The translations under genes and the position numbers were made by a program. From positions 450,001 through 482,000 of the forward strand of contig NC_015913.1 in assembly GCF_000270205.1 (NCBI RefSeq): a stretch of 32,000 bases of DNA. Reading direction: 5' to 3'. This DNA is from Candidatus Arthromitus sp. SFB-mouse-Japan (lineage in GTDB: Bacteria > Bacillota > Clostridia > Clostridiales > Clostridiaceae). Positions 1 to 10,419 of the stretch are shown here, in pieces. The number at the start of each line of letters is the position of its first letter. The first letter of the stretch is position 1. The notes under the pieces are model-generated. The model was not told the origin of the DNA. It saw only the letters and a program-made list of their open reading frames with translations, and did no database searches.

Positions 1-315
1 TCGGTAGGAGGTATAGTTCAAAGGACTAACGGAAGTCAAGGGATAGTTAAAAAATATAAGAATTCGTCTGGAAATTACATACTTAAGATGGAGTATGTAC
101 CTATAGATGAAGATGTAGTTGTGGGGGATATTATTGTTACTTCTGGATTAGGAGGAGTGTATCCGTCTGGAATAATTATCGGGGAGGTTATATCCATAGA
201 AAATGATAAAAGAAATTTAAGTAAAAGTATTTTAATTAAATCCCATATAGATTTTGATTTTGTGAGCAATTTATTTATAGTAATCCCCAAAAATAAATAT
301 AAGGTAGAATACTAA
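1..315 (+). CDS. mreC: Rod shape-determining protein MreC, C-terminal fragment (5' end lies outside the window)
   Basis: Frame 1 is open from nt 1 to TAA 313-315. The translation ...SVGGIVQRTNGSQGIVKKY...GDIIVTSGLGGVYPSGIIIGEV... has the typical MreC C-terminal beta-barrel motif (TSG.gG.fP.Gl.IG.V). It sits immediately upstream of mreD. Confidence 0.8.
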   Translation, partial: SVGGIVQRTNGSQGIVKKYKNSSGNYILKMEYVPIDEDVVVGDIIVTSGLGGVYPSGIIIGEVISIENDKRNLSKSILIKSHIDFDFVSNLFIVIPKNKYKVEY

Positions 316-319
316 AATT

Positions 320-811
320 ATGAAGTTTTTATTATTATTTATTATAGGTATATTTTTTTTCTTATTAGATATATCGGTAATTCCTCTTTTTACTATAAAT
401 GGTTCGTATACAAGTTTAACTAGTGTATATTTTTTTATATGTTGTATGAATATTGAAAAATATGAAATTGTATATTTTTCTGTTGTTATAGGATTTCTCC
501 AGGATGTGTTTTTTATTAATGGGTTTGGAGTTAATATATTTTTAAATATTATTTTAGGTGTGTTATTTTATTATGTATCTATTAAATATAATAAGAACAA
601 ATATTTTTTATCTGTGTTAATTGTGTCTATATTTTGTATATTTAAGAGTTTTATTACGAATATATTTTTAATGATATTTTTGGGTGTAGGTATAAGTGGT
701 TTATATATGATTTATGAATTGATTTATATATTTGTTTTTTCAGTTTTTTTGTATTTGTTTTTAGGTAGAATATTTAAAGGGAGATTGTTTAAGAAGTCAC
801 TAGAATTTTAA
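320..811 (+). CDS. mreD: Rod shape-determining protein MreD (polytopic membrane protein)
   Basis: 163 aa, very hydrophobic with multiple predicted TM segments. The position between mreC and PBP2 is the canonical mreCD location. The sequence itself is poorly conserved, so the call rests mainly on synteny and size. Confidence 0.7.
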   Translation: MKFLLLFIIGIFFFLLDISVIPLFTINGSYTSLTSVYFFICCMNIEKYEIVYFSVVIGFLQDVFFINGFGVNIFLNIILGVLFYYVSIKYNKNKYFLSVLIVSIFCIFKSFITNIFLMIFLGVGISGLYMIYELIYIFVFSVFLYLFLGRIFKGRLFKKSLEF

Positions 812-867
812 CTAACGGGGGGATTAAGATAAATATTAAGCATAGAAATAGTACAGATTATAGATAT

Positions 868-3630
868 TTGGTAATTGTCATATCTATGTTTGTACTTTTT
901 TTTATTATAATAATTAGATTATTTAATCTTCAAATTATAGGATTTGAGGACAACTTAAAATTATCAACATATTATTCTCAAAGGCAAGTATCTATAAGGG
1001 CATCTAGAGGTGAAATATTAGATAAGAATGGAGAGGTTCTTGCTACTAATGTAGAAAGTTACATACTAGAATATTCAGGCATTAATAATAGTGATAGCTT
1101 TTTTGAAGTAATTACAGAGGTTCTTGATATATTGGATAAAAATGGTGAAGATTTATATAATAATTTTGAAATAAAGGTTGATCCATTTAGATTTGAATTT
1201 GCAGTGACCTCTGAGTCTGAGATAAGAGGCAAAGAGCTTAGATTTAAAAATGATAGAGGTTATTATGATAAATTGAAGAAGAAATATTTTTCTTCTATTA
1301 GAGATTTGACAGACAATCAAAAAAGAGAATTGGAAGATAGTATTATAAATATAAAAGCCGAAGATATGTTTTATGATTTAATAGAGGAGTACGATTTATA
1401 TAAGCTATTGGATAGTTCATTTGAAATGAAAAATAGTACTGGAAAGGAAATATATGATAAATTAATTAAAAAATTTACACCTAAACGTATAAGAGATTAT
1501 GTTTTTATAAGAGATAGTATTAAAATGAATAGTTTTTCTGGCTTTAATCCTATAATATTGGCAATTGATTTGGACAAGGAAACTGCTTTTGAAATAATGC
1601 AAAAGGAGATTATGTTAAAAGGTATAACAGTTTCACCTAGATCTATAAGATATTATCCTGAAGGAGAGTTTGCATCTAATATTATAGGTTATATAGGTGC
1701 AATAGATGATAATCAAAAAGAAAAATATCAGAAAGATGGTTATAATACCTCATATGATACAATTGGAAAGTCTGGTATAGAGGCTATATTTGAATCTAAT
1801 TTAAGAGGAAAACATGGAAGTAATATTATAAAGGTTGATAATAATGGTACTAAGAAGGAAGATATTATGCAAATTGACCCAATACCTGGAGATAATATTT
1901 ATTTAACTATAGACAAGAAGTTACAGAAAGTAACTGAACGGGCATTGAATGATGTAATGACTGGATTACAGAATACAGGTAATGGACATGGAACAGGGCT
2001 TGATACAAGTAATGCAACGCGTGGTGCCGCTGTTGTTATTGATGTTAATAATGGAGATATATTATCATTAGTATCATTACCTAATTATGATCCTAATGTG
2101 TTTGTTAGTGATGAAAATATGACTCCAGATATAAGAAAACAATATTTTGCTACTGATCTTAAAGAATTTGGAGAAGAATATATAGAAAGTAGAAAGTTAA
2201 ATATAGATGTAGATGAATTATTTCCATTATCAGATATTAATGATCCTAATAGTTTAAGAGAAGATCCAAATGATGTATATCCAAAGGTGTTTTTTAACTA
2301 TGCGACCCAAGGTTTAATACCTCCAGGATCGACATTTAAGCCTTTGACAGCAATAGCTGCACTTGAGGAAGGGGTTATTGGACCTAATGAAACTATAAAA
2401 GATAATTTAGTATTTGAAGCTTATAATAATAAATGGACAAATCTTGTTAATTATACACTTGGAGACATTGATGTTAGAGATGCGTTAAGATCATCAAATA
2501 ATCACTACTTTTATCAAGTTGCATATAGACTGTATAATAAGGAAGGATTTTCTAATAAAGAAGGATTAGATATATTGGCTAAATGGGCATGGCAATTTGG
2601 ATTAGGTAGACCACCCAATACAACAAATTATATTTCTACAACAGGTATAGAATTGATAGAAACCACAGGGCAAGTATTTAATTTACAAAGTATGAAATCA
2701 AATGTAATAGCTTTATCTACATATAATATAATAGATATTTTAAATAAGGGGGAGTTTGGCAGATATATATTTAATCCAATAGATATATCTAAAAAGACCA
2801 CAGATAGTGAAAAATTATCGAAATTAAAGAAGGAAATTAAAGACTTCGTAAAGAAAATATTAGATGAAGATTTGCCATTAGACGTGGATAAAGGAATATT
2901 GAAAGAAAAAACTGATTATTTAAATTCAAATTTAAACATGTTATTTTCTGATATAGTTAATTATTACAATGAAGAGTCTGATACTGAGTATACAAATAAT
3001 GATATTGAAAATATGACAAATGCGATAACAGAATATACAATATATTCATTAAGAACTGAAATTTATACTCCAGGGAATGTTATAAATGCATCTATAGGTC
3101 AAGGTATAAGTTTATTTACGCCTATACAGCTTGCAAATTATATTGCAACTCTTGTCAATGGGGGTATAAGATATAAATTAAATTTAGTAGATAAGATAGT
3201 AGATATAGATAATAATATAGTTAAAGAATATAAACCTGAAATATTAGATAAAGTTATTTTAAAATCTGAAAATGTGGATGCTGTAATAGAAGGCATGAGA
3301 AGAGTTACTAGGAATGGTAGCACTGCAAGTGTATTTACTAATGGTCATTATTTTCCTATTGAAACAGGTGGCAAAACAGGTACAGCAACATTTAAAGAAA
3401 ATGGAATGCAAGAAAGAGTTGGTAGAGCGGCATATGGTGTATTTGTTGGATTTGCACCTATAGATGATCCAAAGATAGCTGTATGTGTAGTTATATATGA
3501 TGGTGGTCATGGATATTTTAGTTCTTATGTAGCTAGAGCAATATTTGAGGCATATTTTAAGGATGAATTACAAAAAAATTATCCTGAATATATTCCAATG
3601 TTTCCTTATGCATATACTTTAATGGATTAA
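868..3630 (+). CDS. mrdA: Penicillin-binding protein 2 (class B transpeptidase, elongasome), unusually long at about 920 aa
   Basis: N-terminal TM segment followed by RLFNLQI. Transpeptidase motifs are present: STFK (PPGSTFKPLTA), SSN (RSSNNHYF) and KTG (GGKTGTA). Located between mreD and minC. The TTG start at 868 is uncertain: the frame is open from 793 and a G-rich SD at 816-822 precedes only non-canonical ATA/ATT codons. Confidence 0.9.
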   Translation: MVIVISMFVLFFIIIIRLFNLQIIGFEDNLKLSTYYSQRQVSIRASRGEILDKNGEVLATNVESYILEYSGINNSDSFFEVITEVLDILDKNGEDLYNNFEIKVDPFRFEFAVTSESEIRGKELRFKNDRGYYDKLKKKYFSSIRDLTDNQKRELEDSIINIKAEDMFYDLIEEYDLYKLLDSSFEMKNSTGKEIYDKLIKKFTPKRIRDYVFIRDSIKMNSFSGFNPIILAIDLDKETAFEIMQKEIMLKGITVSPRSIRYYPEGEFASNIIGYIGAIDDNQKEKYQKDGYNTSYDTIGKSGIEAIFESNLRGKHGSNIIKVDNNGTKKEDIMQIDPIPGDNIYLTIDKKLQKVTERALNDVMTGLQNTGNGHGTGLDTSNATRGAAVVIDVNNGDILSLVSLPNYDPNVFVSDENMTPDIRKQYFATDLKEFGEEYIESRKLNIDVDELFPLSDINDPNSLREDPNDVYPKVFFNYATQGLIPPGSTFKPLTAIAALEEGVIGPNETIKDNLVFEAYNNKWTNLVNYTLGDIDVRDALRSSNNHYFYQVAYRLYNKEGFSNKEGLDILAKWAWQFGLGRPPNTTNYISTTGIELIETTGQVFNLQSMKSNVIALSTYNIIDILNKGEFGRYIFNPIDISKKTTDSEKLSKLKKEIKDFVKKILDEDLPLDVDKGILKEKTDYLNSNLNMLFSDIVNYYNEESDTEYTNNDIENMTNAITEYTIYSLRTEIYTPGNVINASIGQGISLFTPIQLANYIATLVNGGIRYKLNLVDKIVDIDNNIVKEYKPEILDKVILKSENVDAVIEGMRRVTRNGSTASVFTNGHYFPIETGGKTGTATFKENGMQERVGRAAYGVFVGFAPIDDPKIAVCVVIYDGGHGYFSSYVARAIFEAYFKDELQKNYPEYIPMFPYAYTLMD

Positions 3631-3650
3631 TTTTTGGAGGGGAAGTTATT

Positions 3651-4289
3651 ATGGATAGCAACGGAGTTAAAATTAAGGGTGTTAGAGAAGGCTTAGAAAT
3701 AATATTTGATGATGAAAAATATACATATGATAAGTTAGCTGTTGAATTGATAGATAAGATGAAAGGAAATTTAAGGTTTTTTCGTGAATCTTCTATAAAA
3801 TTGATTATAGATTTTAATAAAATTGATAATGATATTCTTAAAGATATTAGAGGATTTTTTGAGAGAGATCTAAAGGTAAAAGAATTTATTTTAGAGGATA
3901 AGAATAGCTATTACATAGAAAATAGTACTTATTTTAATGGTATAGACGAAGGTAAAACAAAGTTTATATATAAGACAGTTAGGAGTGGACAAAAAATATT
4001 TTTTAATGGGAATATAGTTGTTATAGGTGATGTAAATAGTGGAGCTGAGGTTATATCTACAGGGAACATAGTAATTTTAGGAGAATTAAAGGGTAGAGTT
4101 CATGCTGGATTTAAAGGTAATGATAAAACTATAATTGCAGCATTTAAATTATCTCCAGAAATTTTACAGATAAGTGATATTGTTTCTACATCTCCAGATG
4201 GAGATAATCCAAGATATCCTGAGGTAGCTAAATTAAAAAATGGTTGTATTGAGGTAGAACCATATAGTATAAATAAATATGTATACTAG
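3651..4289 (+). CDS. minC: Septum site-determining protein MinC
   Basis: 212 aa. C-terminal beta-helix repeat GDVNSGAEVISTGNIVILGELKGRVHAG is typical of MinC. RBS GGAGGGG lies upstream. Directly precedes minD. Confidence 0.9.
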   Translation: MDSNGVKIKGVREGLEIIFDDEKYTYDKLAVELIDKMKGNLRFFRESSIKLIIDFNKIDNDILKDIRGFFERDLKVKEFILEDKNSYYIENSTYFNGIDEGKTKFIYKTVRSGQKIFFNGNIVVIGDVNSGAEVISTGNIVILGELKGRVHAGFKGNDKTIIAAFKLSPEILQISDIVSTSPDGDNPRYPEVAKLKNGCIEVEPYSINKYVY

Positions 4290-4367
4290 CAAAAATTTCC
4301 ATATACAATTTATAGTATATTGATTAAATATTAATATTATAATGATATAGTTAGTGGGAGGTATGTT

Positions 4368-5159
4368 ATGAGCGAATCAATAGTTATAACATCAGGAAAA
4401 GGTGGTGTAGGCAAAACAACAACAACTGCAAATATTGGAACAGCACTTGCTTCTTTTGATAAAAGTGTAGTAGTTGTTGATGGGGATACAGGATTGCGAA
4501 ATTTAGATGTATTGATGGGATTAGAAAATAGAATTGTATACACGTTACTAGATGTAGTTGAAGGTAAATGTAAACTTAAACAGGCTATTATAAAAGATAA
4601 AAGATTTAATAGTTTATATTTACTTCCTACAGCACAAACTAGGGATAAGAATGATATAACAACCAAACAAATGCAGAAATTAGTTAATGAGTTAAAACAA
4701 GATTTTGATTATGTTTTAATAGATTGTCCGGCAGGGATTGAACAAGGATTTGAGAATGCTGTTATAGGTGCTGATAGAGCTATAGTTGTAGTTAATCCTG
4801 AAATAACATCTGTGAGAGATGCGGATAGAGTCATAGGGAAATTAGATGCAAAAGGATTAGATAGACATCAATTAATAATTAATAAGTTAAATTATTCTAT
4901 GACTAAAAAAGGTGATATGCTGGATGTAGAGGATATAATGGATACGCTATCTATAAAATTGTTAGGAGTTGTTCCAGATGATAAAAATATAACTATATCT
5001 ACTAATAAAGGTGAACCAGTGGTATTATCAAATAAATCTAAAGCTGGAAATGCTTATATAAATATTGCACGGAGATTGATGGGAGAAGAGATTCCATTTA
5101 TGAATTTGGTAGAAGGGAACAATATATTAAGATCGTTAGTTAATATATTCAAGAAATAA
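4368..5159 (+). CDS. minD: Septum site-determining ATPase MinD
   Basis: Deviant Walker A ITSGKGGVGKTTTTANIG, 263 aa, ParA/MinD family. C-terminal amphipathic tail (LRSLVNIFKK). RBS GGGAGG lies upstream. Confidence 0.95.
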   Translation: MSESIVITSGKGGVGKTTTTANIGTALASFDKSVVVVDGDTGLRNLDVLMGLENRIVYTLLDVVEGKCKLKQAIIKDKRFNSLYLLPTAQTRDKNDITTKQMQKLVNELKQDFDYVLIDCPAGIEQGFENAVIGADRAIVVVNPEITSVRDADRVIGKLDAKGLDRHQLIINKLNYSMTKKGDMLDVEDIMDTLSIKLLGVVPDDKNITISTNKGEPVVLSNKSKAGNAYINIARRLMGEEIPFMNLVEGNNILRSLVNIFKK

Positions 5160-5176
5160 TAATTGGGGGCGACATA

Positions 5177-5449
5177 ATGATTAGATTACTTCATAATAGA
5201 CCTTTATCAAAAGATATCGCTCGGGATAGGTTAAAAGTTATAATAATAAATGATAGAGAAGGGATAACGCCTTATGTTTTGAATATAATTAGGAGTGAGA
5301 TATTAACAATAATTTCAAAATATATTAATATTGATACTAATAAAGTTACATTTGATTTAACAAATAGTTCACATGATAATGCAGGATATAGTTATTCTGA
5401 ATTGGTAGCTAAAATTCCTTTATATAGAGATAATATAAATAGTAAGTAA
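5177..5449 (+). CDS. minE: Cell division topological specificity factor MinE
   Basis: 90 aa. N-terminal LSKDIARDRLKVIIINDR resembles the MinE consensus (sa..AkeRLq.i...DR). Directly follows minD. Confidence 0.9.
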   Translation: MIRLLHNRPLSKDIARDRLKVIIINDREGITPYVLNIIRSEILTIISKYINIDTNKVTFDLTNSSHDNAGYSYSELVAKIPLYRDNINSK

Positions 5450-5461
5450 AGGTGAATTTTA

Positions 5462-6562
5462 TTGAAACATGTTTTGTTTAAGTTTCGTCAACTTAGAAAA
5501 ATTGATTTTATTCTTTTAATTAGTGTTGTAATTTTGTGTTTATATGGAGTAATAAATATATTTTATGCTACTAATTTTAATTCAGCTAGAAAGCAGTTGC
5601 TATTTGTATTGATATCTTGTATTACATTATACATAATATTATTTATAGATTATTCATATTTTAAAAAGTTTATTCCTATTATTTATTTTTTAAATATAGC
5701 ATTATTGATATTTACTAAATTATTCAGTAAAGAAATTAATGGAGCGAATGCATGGATACAAATAGGTAATTTTACATTACAACCAGCAGAATTTATGAAA
5801 ATTTCGCTAATATTAATGATTTCAAAGGTTATAGATGAGGGGAGTAATAAAATAAATGATAAAAAATCTATATATAAATTAGCGTTTTATATTTTATTAC
5901 CATTAATTGCTATTGTTATACAACCTGATATGGGTATGACTATAGTTTGCTTTGTAATGAGCATAGGTATATTATTTATAGCTGGTATAAATATAAAGAT
6001 ATTTTTTGCTGGTTCACTTTTAAGTATATTTTCTATTTTATTAGTATGGGATACCAATTTATTACCTGAGTATTGGAAAAATAGGATTGTATCTTTTTTA
6101 AATCCTGCATTGGATTCTATGGGAAATGGATTACAGGTTTCTCAATCAAAGATAGGTATAGGTATAGGCGGTTTTATGGGTAGAAATGGTAATAGCAGTT
6201 ATGTTTCACAGTTTGTACCTGAACCACAAAATGATTTTATATTTTCTATTATAGGAGAATATTGGGGGTTTTTAGGATCAGTTTTGTTATTAGTTGTATA
6301 TATAATTATAATAATGAGAGTATTGAAAATAGCACGAACGGCTAAAGATAAGTTTGGTGAGTTGTTCTGTATAGGTATGGTTTTTTATATTTTATATTCT
6401 GTATTTCAAAATATAGGTATGACTATAGGGTTGATACCAGTGACGGGTATTAATTTACCTTTTGTGAGTTATGGAGGAAGTTCTATATTGAGTAATATGA
6501 TAGGAATAGCTATAGTTTTGAATATTAATATGAGAAAACAAAGTATAGTTTTTATAGATTAG
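5462..6562 (+). CDS. rodA: SEDS-family peptidoglycan glycosyltransferase RodA (FtsW/RodA/SpoVE family)
   Basis: 366 aa polytopic membrane protein. SEDS-like motifs include IQPAEFMKI, QPDMG, SQFVPEPQNDFIFS and TGINLPFVSYGGSS. TTG start preceded by AAGGTGA. The mre/min context favours RodA. Confidence 0.85.
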   Translation: MKHVLFKFRQLRKIDFILLISVVILCLYGVINIFYATNFNSARKQLLFVLISCITLYIILFIDYSYFKKFIPIIYFLNIALLIFTKLFSKEINGANAWIQIGNFTLQPAEFMKISLILMISKVIDEGSNKINDKKSIYKLAFYILLPLIAIVIQPDMGMTIVCFVMSIGILFIAGINIKIFFAGSLLSIFSILLVWDTNLLPEYWKNRIVSFLNPALDSMGNGLQVSQSKIGIGIGGFMGRNGNSSYVSQFVPEPQNDFIFSIIGEYWGFLGSVLLLVVYIIIIMRVLKIARTAKDKFGELFCIGMVFYILYSVFQNIGMTIGLIPVTGINLPFVSYGGSSILSNMIGIAIVLNINMRKQSIVFID

Positions 6563-6622
6563 TAATATATAATATACTTAAAATATATTTATATAAAATA
6601 ATAATATATTTTAGGTATTTTT

Positions 6623-7453
6623 ATGAGTTATTTTAAAATATTAAAGATAATTTTAGTTATTTTATATAGTTTTTTTATCATAGGAGGTTATAAATATTTA
6701 TTGCTATCATTGATAGCAATATTTGTACATGAGATAACCCATTTGTTATTTTTAAAACTAAGTAGTATTTATACTTTTAAATTAAAATATATTATATTGG
6801 GATTCAGTATAAATTTAGATGATTGTAATATATCAAATAATAAGTTGCTTGTACTTTATTTTATAGGTAGTTTATCTAATATAATTTTAGGCTTAGTATT
6901 AAATTTAATACAAATATTATTTGGAATAGATATATTTAGAGATTTTATAATGGCGAATTTTGTTATTGGATTTATTAATTTATTACCAGCATTTCCATTA
7001 GATGGATCGAGTATATTAAGAAATATATTGATTAGATTTATTGACTGTAAAATAGTGAATTATATTAGTATTTGTTTTAGTTTTTTAATAGGTAGTGTTA
7101 TATTAATTTATGGTTTAATTTTTAATGGCTTAATGGAAATAAGTATAAATTATTTAATTTTATCCATTTTTATATTTATTAATACATTCAATGAGTTTAT
7201 ACGTTTTAATAAATTCAACAATATTATTTATAATTTGGGAAATAGTTGTAAGTGTAAGTCAACCATAATATCAGTGCAACTAGGGAGTATAAGGACATTG
7301 TTTGATACTATTAAATTATATATGGATTATGATATAAGTGTATTTTATATTGTTAGTACGGAATTTGAAATTATTGATGTTTTATTTATAAAAGATATAT
7401 TTAGATATTATAGGATATATGGGAATATAAATTTTTTAGATTTATATAAATGA
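6623..7453 (+). CDS. spoIVFB: M50 (site-2 protease) family intramembrane metalloprotease, SpoIVFB-like
   Basis: HExxH inside a TM segment (VHEITHLLF) and the second M50 motif NLLPAFPLDG. About 276 aa with a C-terminal soluble, CBS-like region. The position between the min genes and rplU equals that of B. subtilis spoIVFB. Confidence 0.7.
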   Translation: MSYFKILKIILVILYSFFIIGGYKYLLLSLIAIFVHEITHLLFLKLSSIYTFKLKYIILGFSINLDDCNISNNKLLVLYFIGSLSNIILGLVLNLIQILFGIDIFRDFIMANFVIGFINLLPAFPLDGSSILRNILIRFIDCKIVNYISICFSFLIGSVILIYGLIFNGLMEISINYLILSIFIFINTFNEFIRFNKFNNIIYNLGNSCKCKSTIISVQLGSIRTLFDTIKLYMDYDISVFYIVSTEFEIIDVLFIKDIFRYYRIYGNINFLDLYK

Positions 7454-7512
7454 TTTATATAATATTAGGTATATATTGGAATATTTAAGCTATTTATGAT
7501 TAATAATTTAGT

Positions 7513-7552
7513 AGTGGTATTAAGTAAGTGCGATACCACTTTTTTATTTTTT
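7513..7552 (+). terminator. Rho-independent terminator downstream of the M50 protease gene
   Basis: Perfect 8-bp stem agtggtat (7513-7520) / ataccact (7533-7540), 12-nt loop, followed by tttttatttttt. Confidence 0.7.
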
Positions 7553-7966
7553 AGATAAATAAGATTTATTTTGTATAATTTACTATTTTTAAAATTCTGG
7601 CGATATATTGATTTGAGTTTGAATAATAAGTTATTTATTGTTAATTTTATGTAATTTATAATTGATATATACTTATATAAAAATCGGTGTGTATAGTGTG
7701 TGTTGTTTTTATTTGAAAATAATATATTTATTATAAATAAAGTTATTTTAGGTTTTAAATTTATTTTAATTATTTAAATTTGTAGTTTTTTTCTAATATA
7801 TAGGACTTTATAGTGATAATTTATAAAATATCGTGTTACATAAGCTAGGAGTGTATTATCAATAAATTTTTCAAACTACTTGTTATTTTTATATTACTTT
7901 ACTGTAAATTTTATTTAATTTTTGTTATTAATGTTCAATTATTCAGCTAAAAACAGATAAGGTAGA

Positions 7967-7994
7967 TTGCAGAATATAAAAAATATGATATAAT
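7967..7994 (+). promoter_or_regulatory. Sigma-A type promoter of the rplU-prp-rpmA operon (extended -10)
   Basis: -35 TTGCAG (7967-7972), 16-nt spacer, TGaTATAAT (7986-7994). Predicts a TSS near 8001 and a leader of about 80 nt. Confidence 0.6.
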
Positions 7995-8000
7995 AGGAAA

Positions 8001-8080
8001 GGTATCCGCACTTGATTGGGTTTTTAAAAGTTGTGTTACCTAATGAGGCGAGTCTTAGTTTATTGAGGAGGATTATAGTG
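8001..8080 (+). promoter_or_regulatory. Structured 5' leader of rplU, candidate L21 ribosomal-protein leader
   Basis: An 80-nt untranslated leader between the predicted TSS and ATG 8081. It can form an extended imperfect hairpin (aggta.. 8000s pairing with ..tacct about 8037-8041, inner cac-tt/aagt-tg). An L21 leader motif upstream of rplU is known in Firmicutes. I cannot verify a covariance-model match by eye. Confidence 0.4.
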
Positions 8081-8392
8081 ATGCATGCCATTGTAGAAAC
8101 AGGTGGAAAGCAGTATAGAGTTAAAGAAGGAGATACTGTGTATGTTGAAAAGCTAGATTTGGATATTGATTCATCTAGTGAATTTGATAAAGTTTTAGCT
8201 ATATTTGATAAAAATAACATTAAATTAGGTAGCCCGTTTTTAAAAGGTGCTAAGGTTAAATTTGATGTTGTTGCGCATGTTAAAGGTAAGAAAATAATTG
8301 TTTTTAAGTATAAGCCTAAAAAAGATTACAGAAGAAAGAATGGACATAGGCAGCCGTATACTAAGATTACTATTAGTAAGATTGAGTGTTAA
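8081..8392 (+). CDS. rplU: 50S ribosomal protein L21
   Basis: [18 protein letters not shown]... is the canonical L21 N-terminus. 103 aa. RBS GAGGAGG at 8065-8071. The ORF-track TTG start at 8012 is an in-frame over-extension. Confidence 0.95.
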   Translation: MHAIVETGGKQYRVKEGDTVYVEKLDLDIDSSSEFDKVLAIFDKNNIKLGSPFLKGAKVKFDVVAHVKGKKIIVFKYKPKKDYRRKNGHRQPYTKITISKIEC

Positions 8393-8395
8393 TTA

Positions 8396-8743
8396 GTGAT
8401 TAAAGTAGAATTGATACATAAAAAAGATAAGCTCTTTGGGTTTAAGGTCTATGGTCATTCTGGTTATGATATATCAGGAAGAGATATTGTTTGTGCTGCA
8501 GTTTCATCAATTACACAAAGTGTTATAATTGGGTTGAATAAGGTTATATGTGATAATTTTTGTTATTGTGTTGATAAAAAAAAACCATTAGTTTATGTTA
8601 ATATATCTGATTATAAAGAAAGTGATATTGAAAAAGCGCAAATATTGTTGAATACTTTTAAGTACACATTAAGAGAACTAGTTAATGAGTATAGGAATTA
8701 TATTAAAATAGAGATGAAGGAGGACAATGGAGATGAGGTTTGA
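8396..8743 (+). CDS. prp: Ribosomal-processing cysteine protease Prp (YsxB family)
   Basis: 115 aa. Contains GHSGY... and DIVCAAVSS (candidate catalytic His and Cys). Sits between rplU and rpmA as in other Firmicutes. GTG start. Confidence 0.85.
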   Translation: MIKVELIHKKDKLFGFKVYGHSGYDISGRDIVCAAVSSITQSVIIGLNKVICDNFCYCVDKKKPLVYVNISDYKESDIEKAQILLNTFKYTLRELVNEYRNYIKIEMKEDNGDEV

Positions 8744-9020
8744 TATCCAGTTATTTGCATCTAAAAAAGGTGTAGGTAGTTCTAAAAACGGTAGAGAAAG
8801 TCATTCAAAGAGATTGGGAGTTAAAAGGTCCGATGGTCAATTCGTTTTAGCTGGTAATATATTAATGAGGCAAAGGGGAACTAAAATACATCCAGGTTTG
8901 AATGTAGGATTAGGTAAAGATCATACTTTATTTGCAAAAGTTGATGGTGTTGTAAAATTTGAAACATTTGGTAAGGGTAGAAAAAGAGCTAGTGTTTATC
9001 CAGTTGAAGTTACTGTCTAA
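8733..9020 (+). CDS. rpmA: 50S ribosomal protein L27, with an N-terminal propeptide
   Basis: [31 protein letters not shown]... The Firmicute-type 9-aa extension ends in the FA|SKK Prp cleavage motif. GGAGG at 8719-8723 is better spaced for ATG 8733 than for the tracked ATG 8727. Overlaps the prp 3' end by 11 nt. Confidence 0.93.
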   Translation: MRFDIQLFASKKGVGSSKNGRESHSKRLGVKRSDGQFVLAGNILMRQRGTKIHPGLNVGLGKDHTLFAKVDGVVKFETFGKGRKRASVYPVEVTV

Positions 9021-9039
9021 ATTTGGATTATTTGTTTAA

Positions 9040-9077
9040 AGGGTGATTAATTAATGTTAATCATCCTAATTTTTTAA
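9040..9077 (+). terminator. Rho-independent terminator after rpmA
   Basis: 11-bp stem agggtgattaa (9040-9050) / ttaatcatcct (9057-9067) with one G-U pair, 6-nt loop, then aatttttt. Confidence 0.7.
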
Positions 9078-9092
9078 TTAAAATTATTTTGA

Positions 9093-10400
<1,308 letters not shown>

Positions 10401-10419
10401 AAATTTTTATTCGAGGTGT

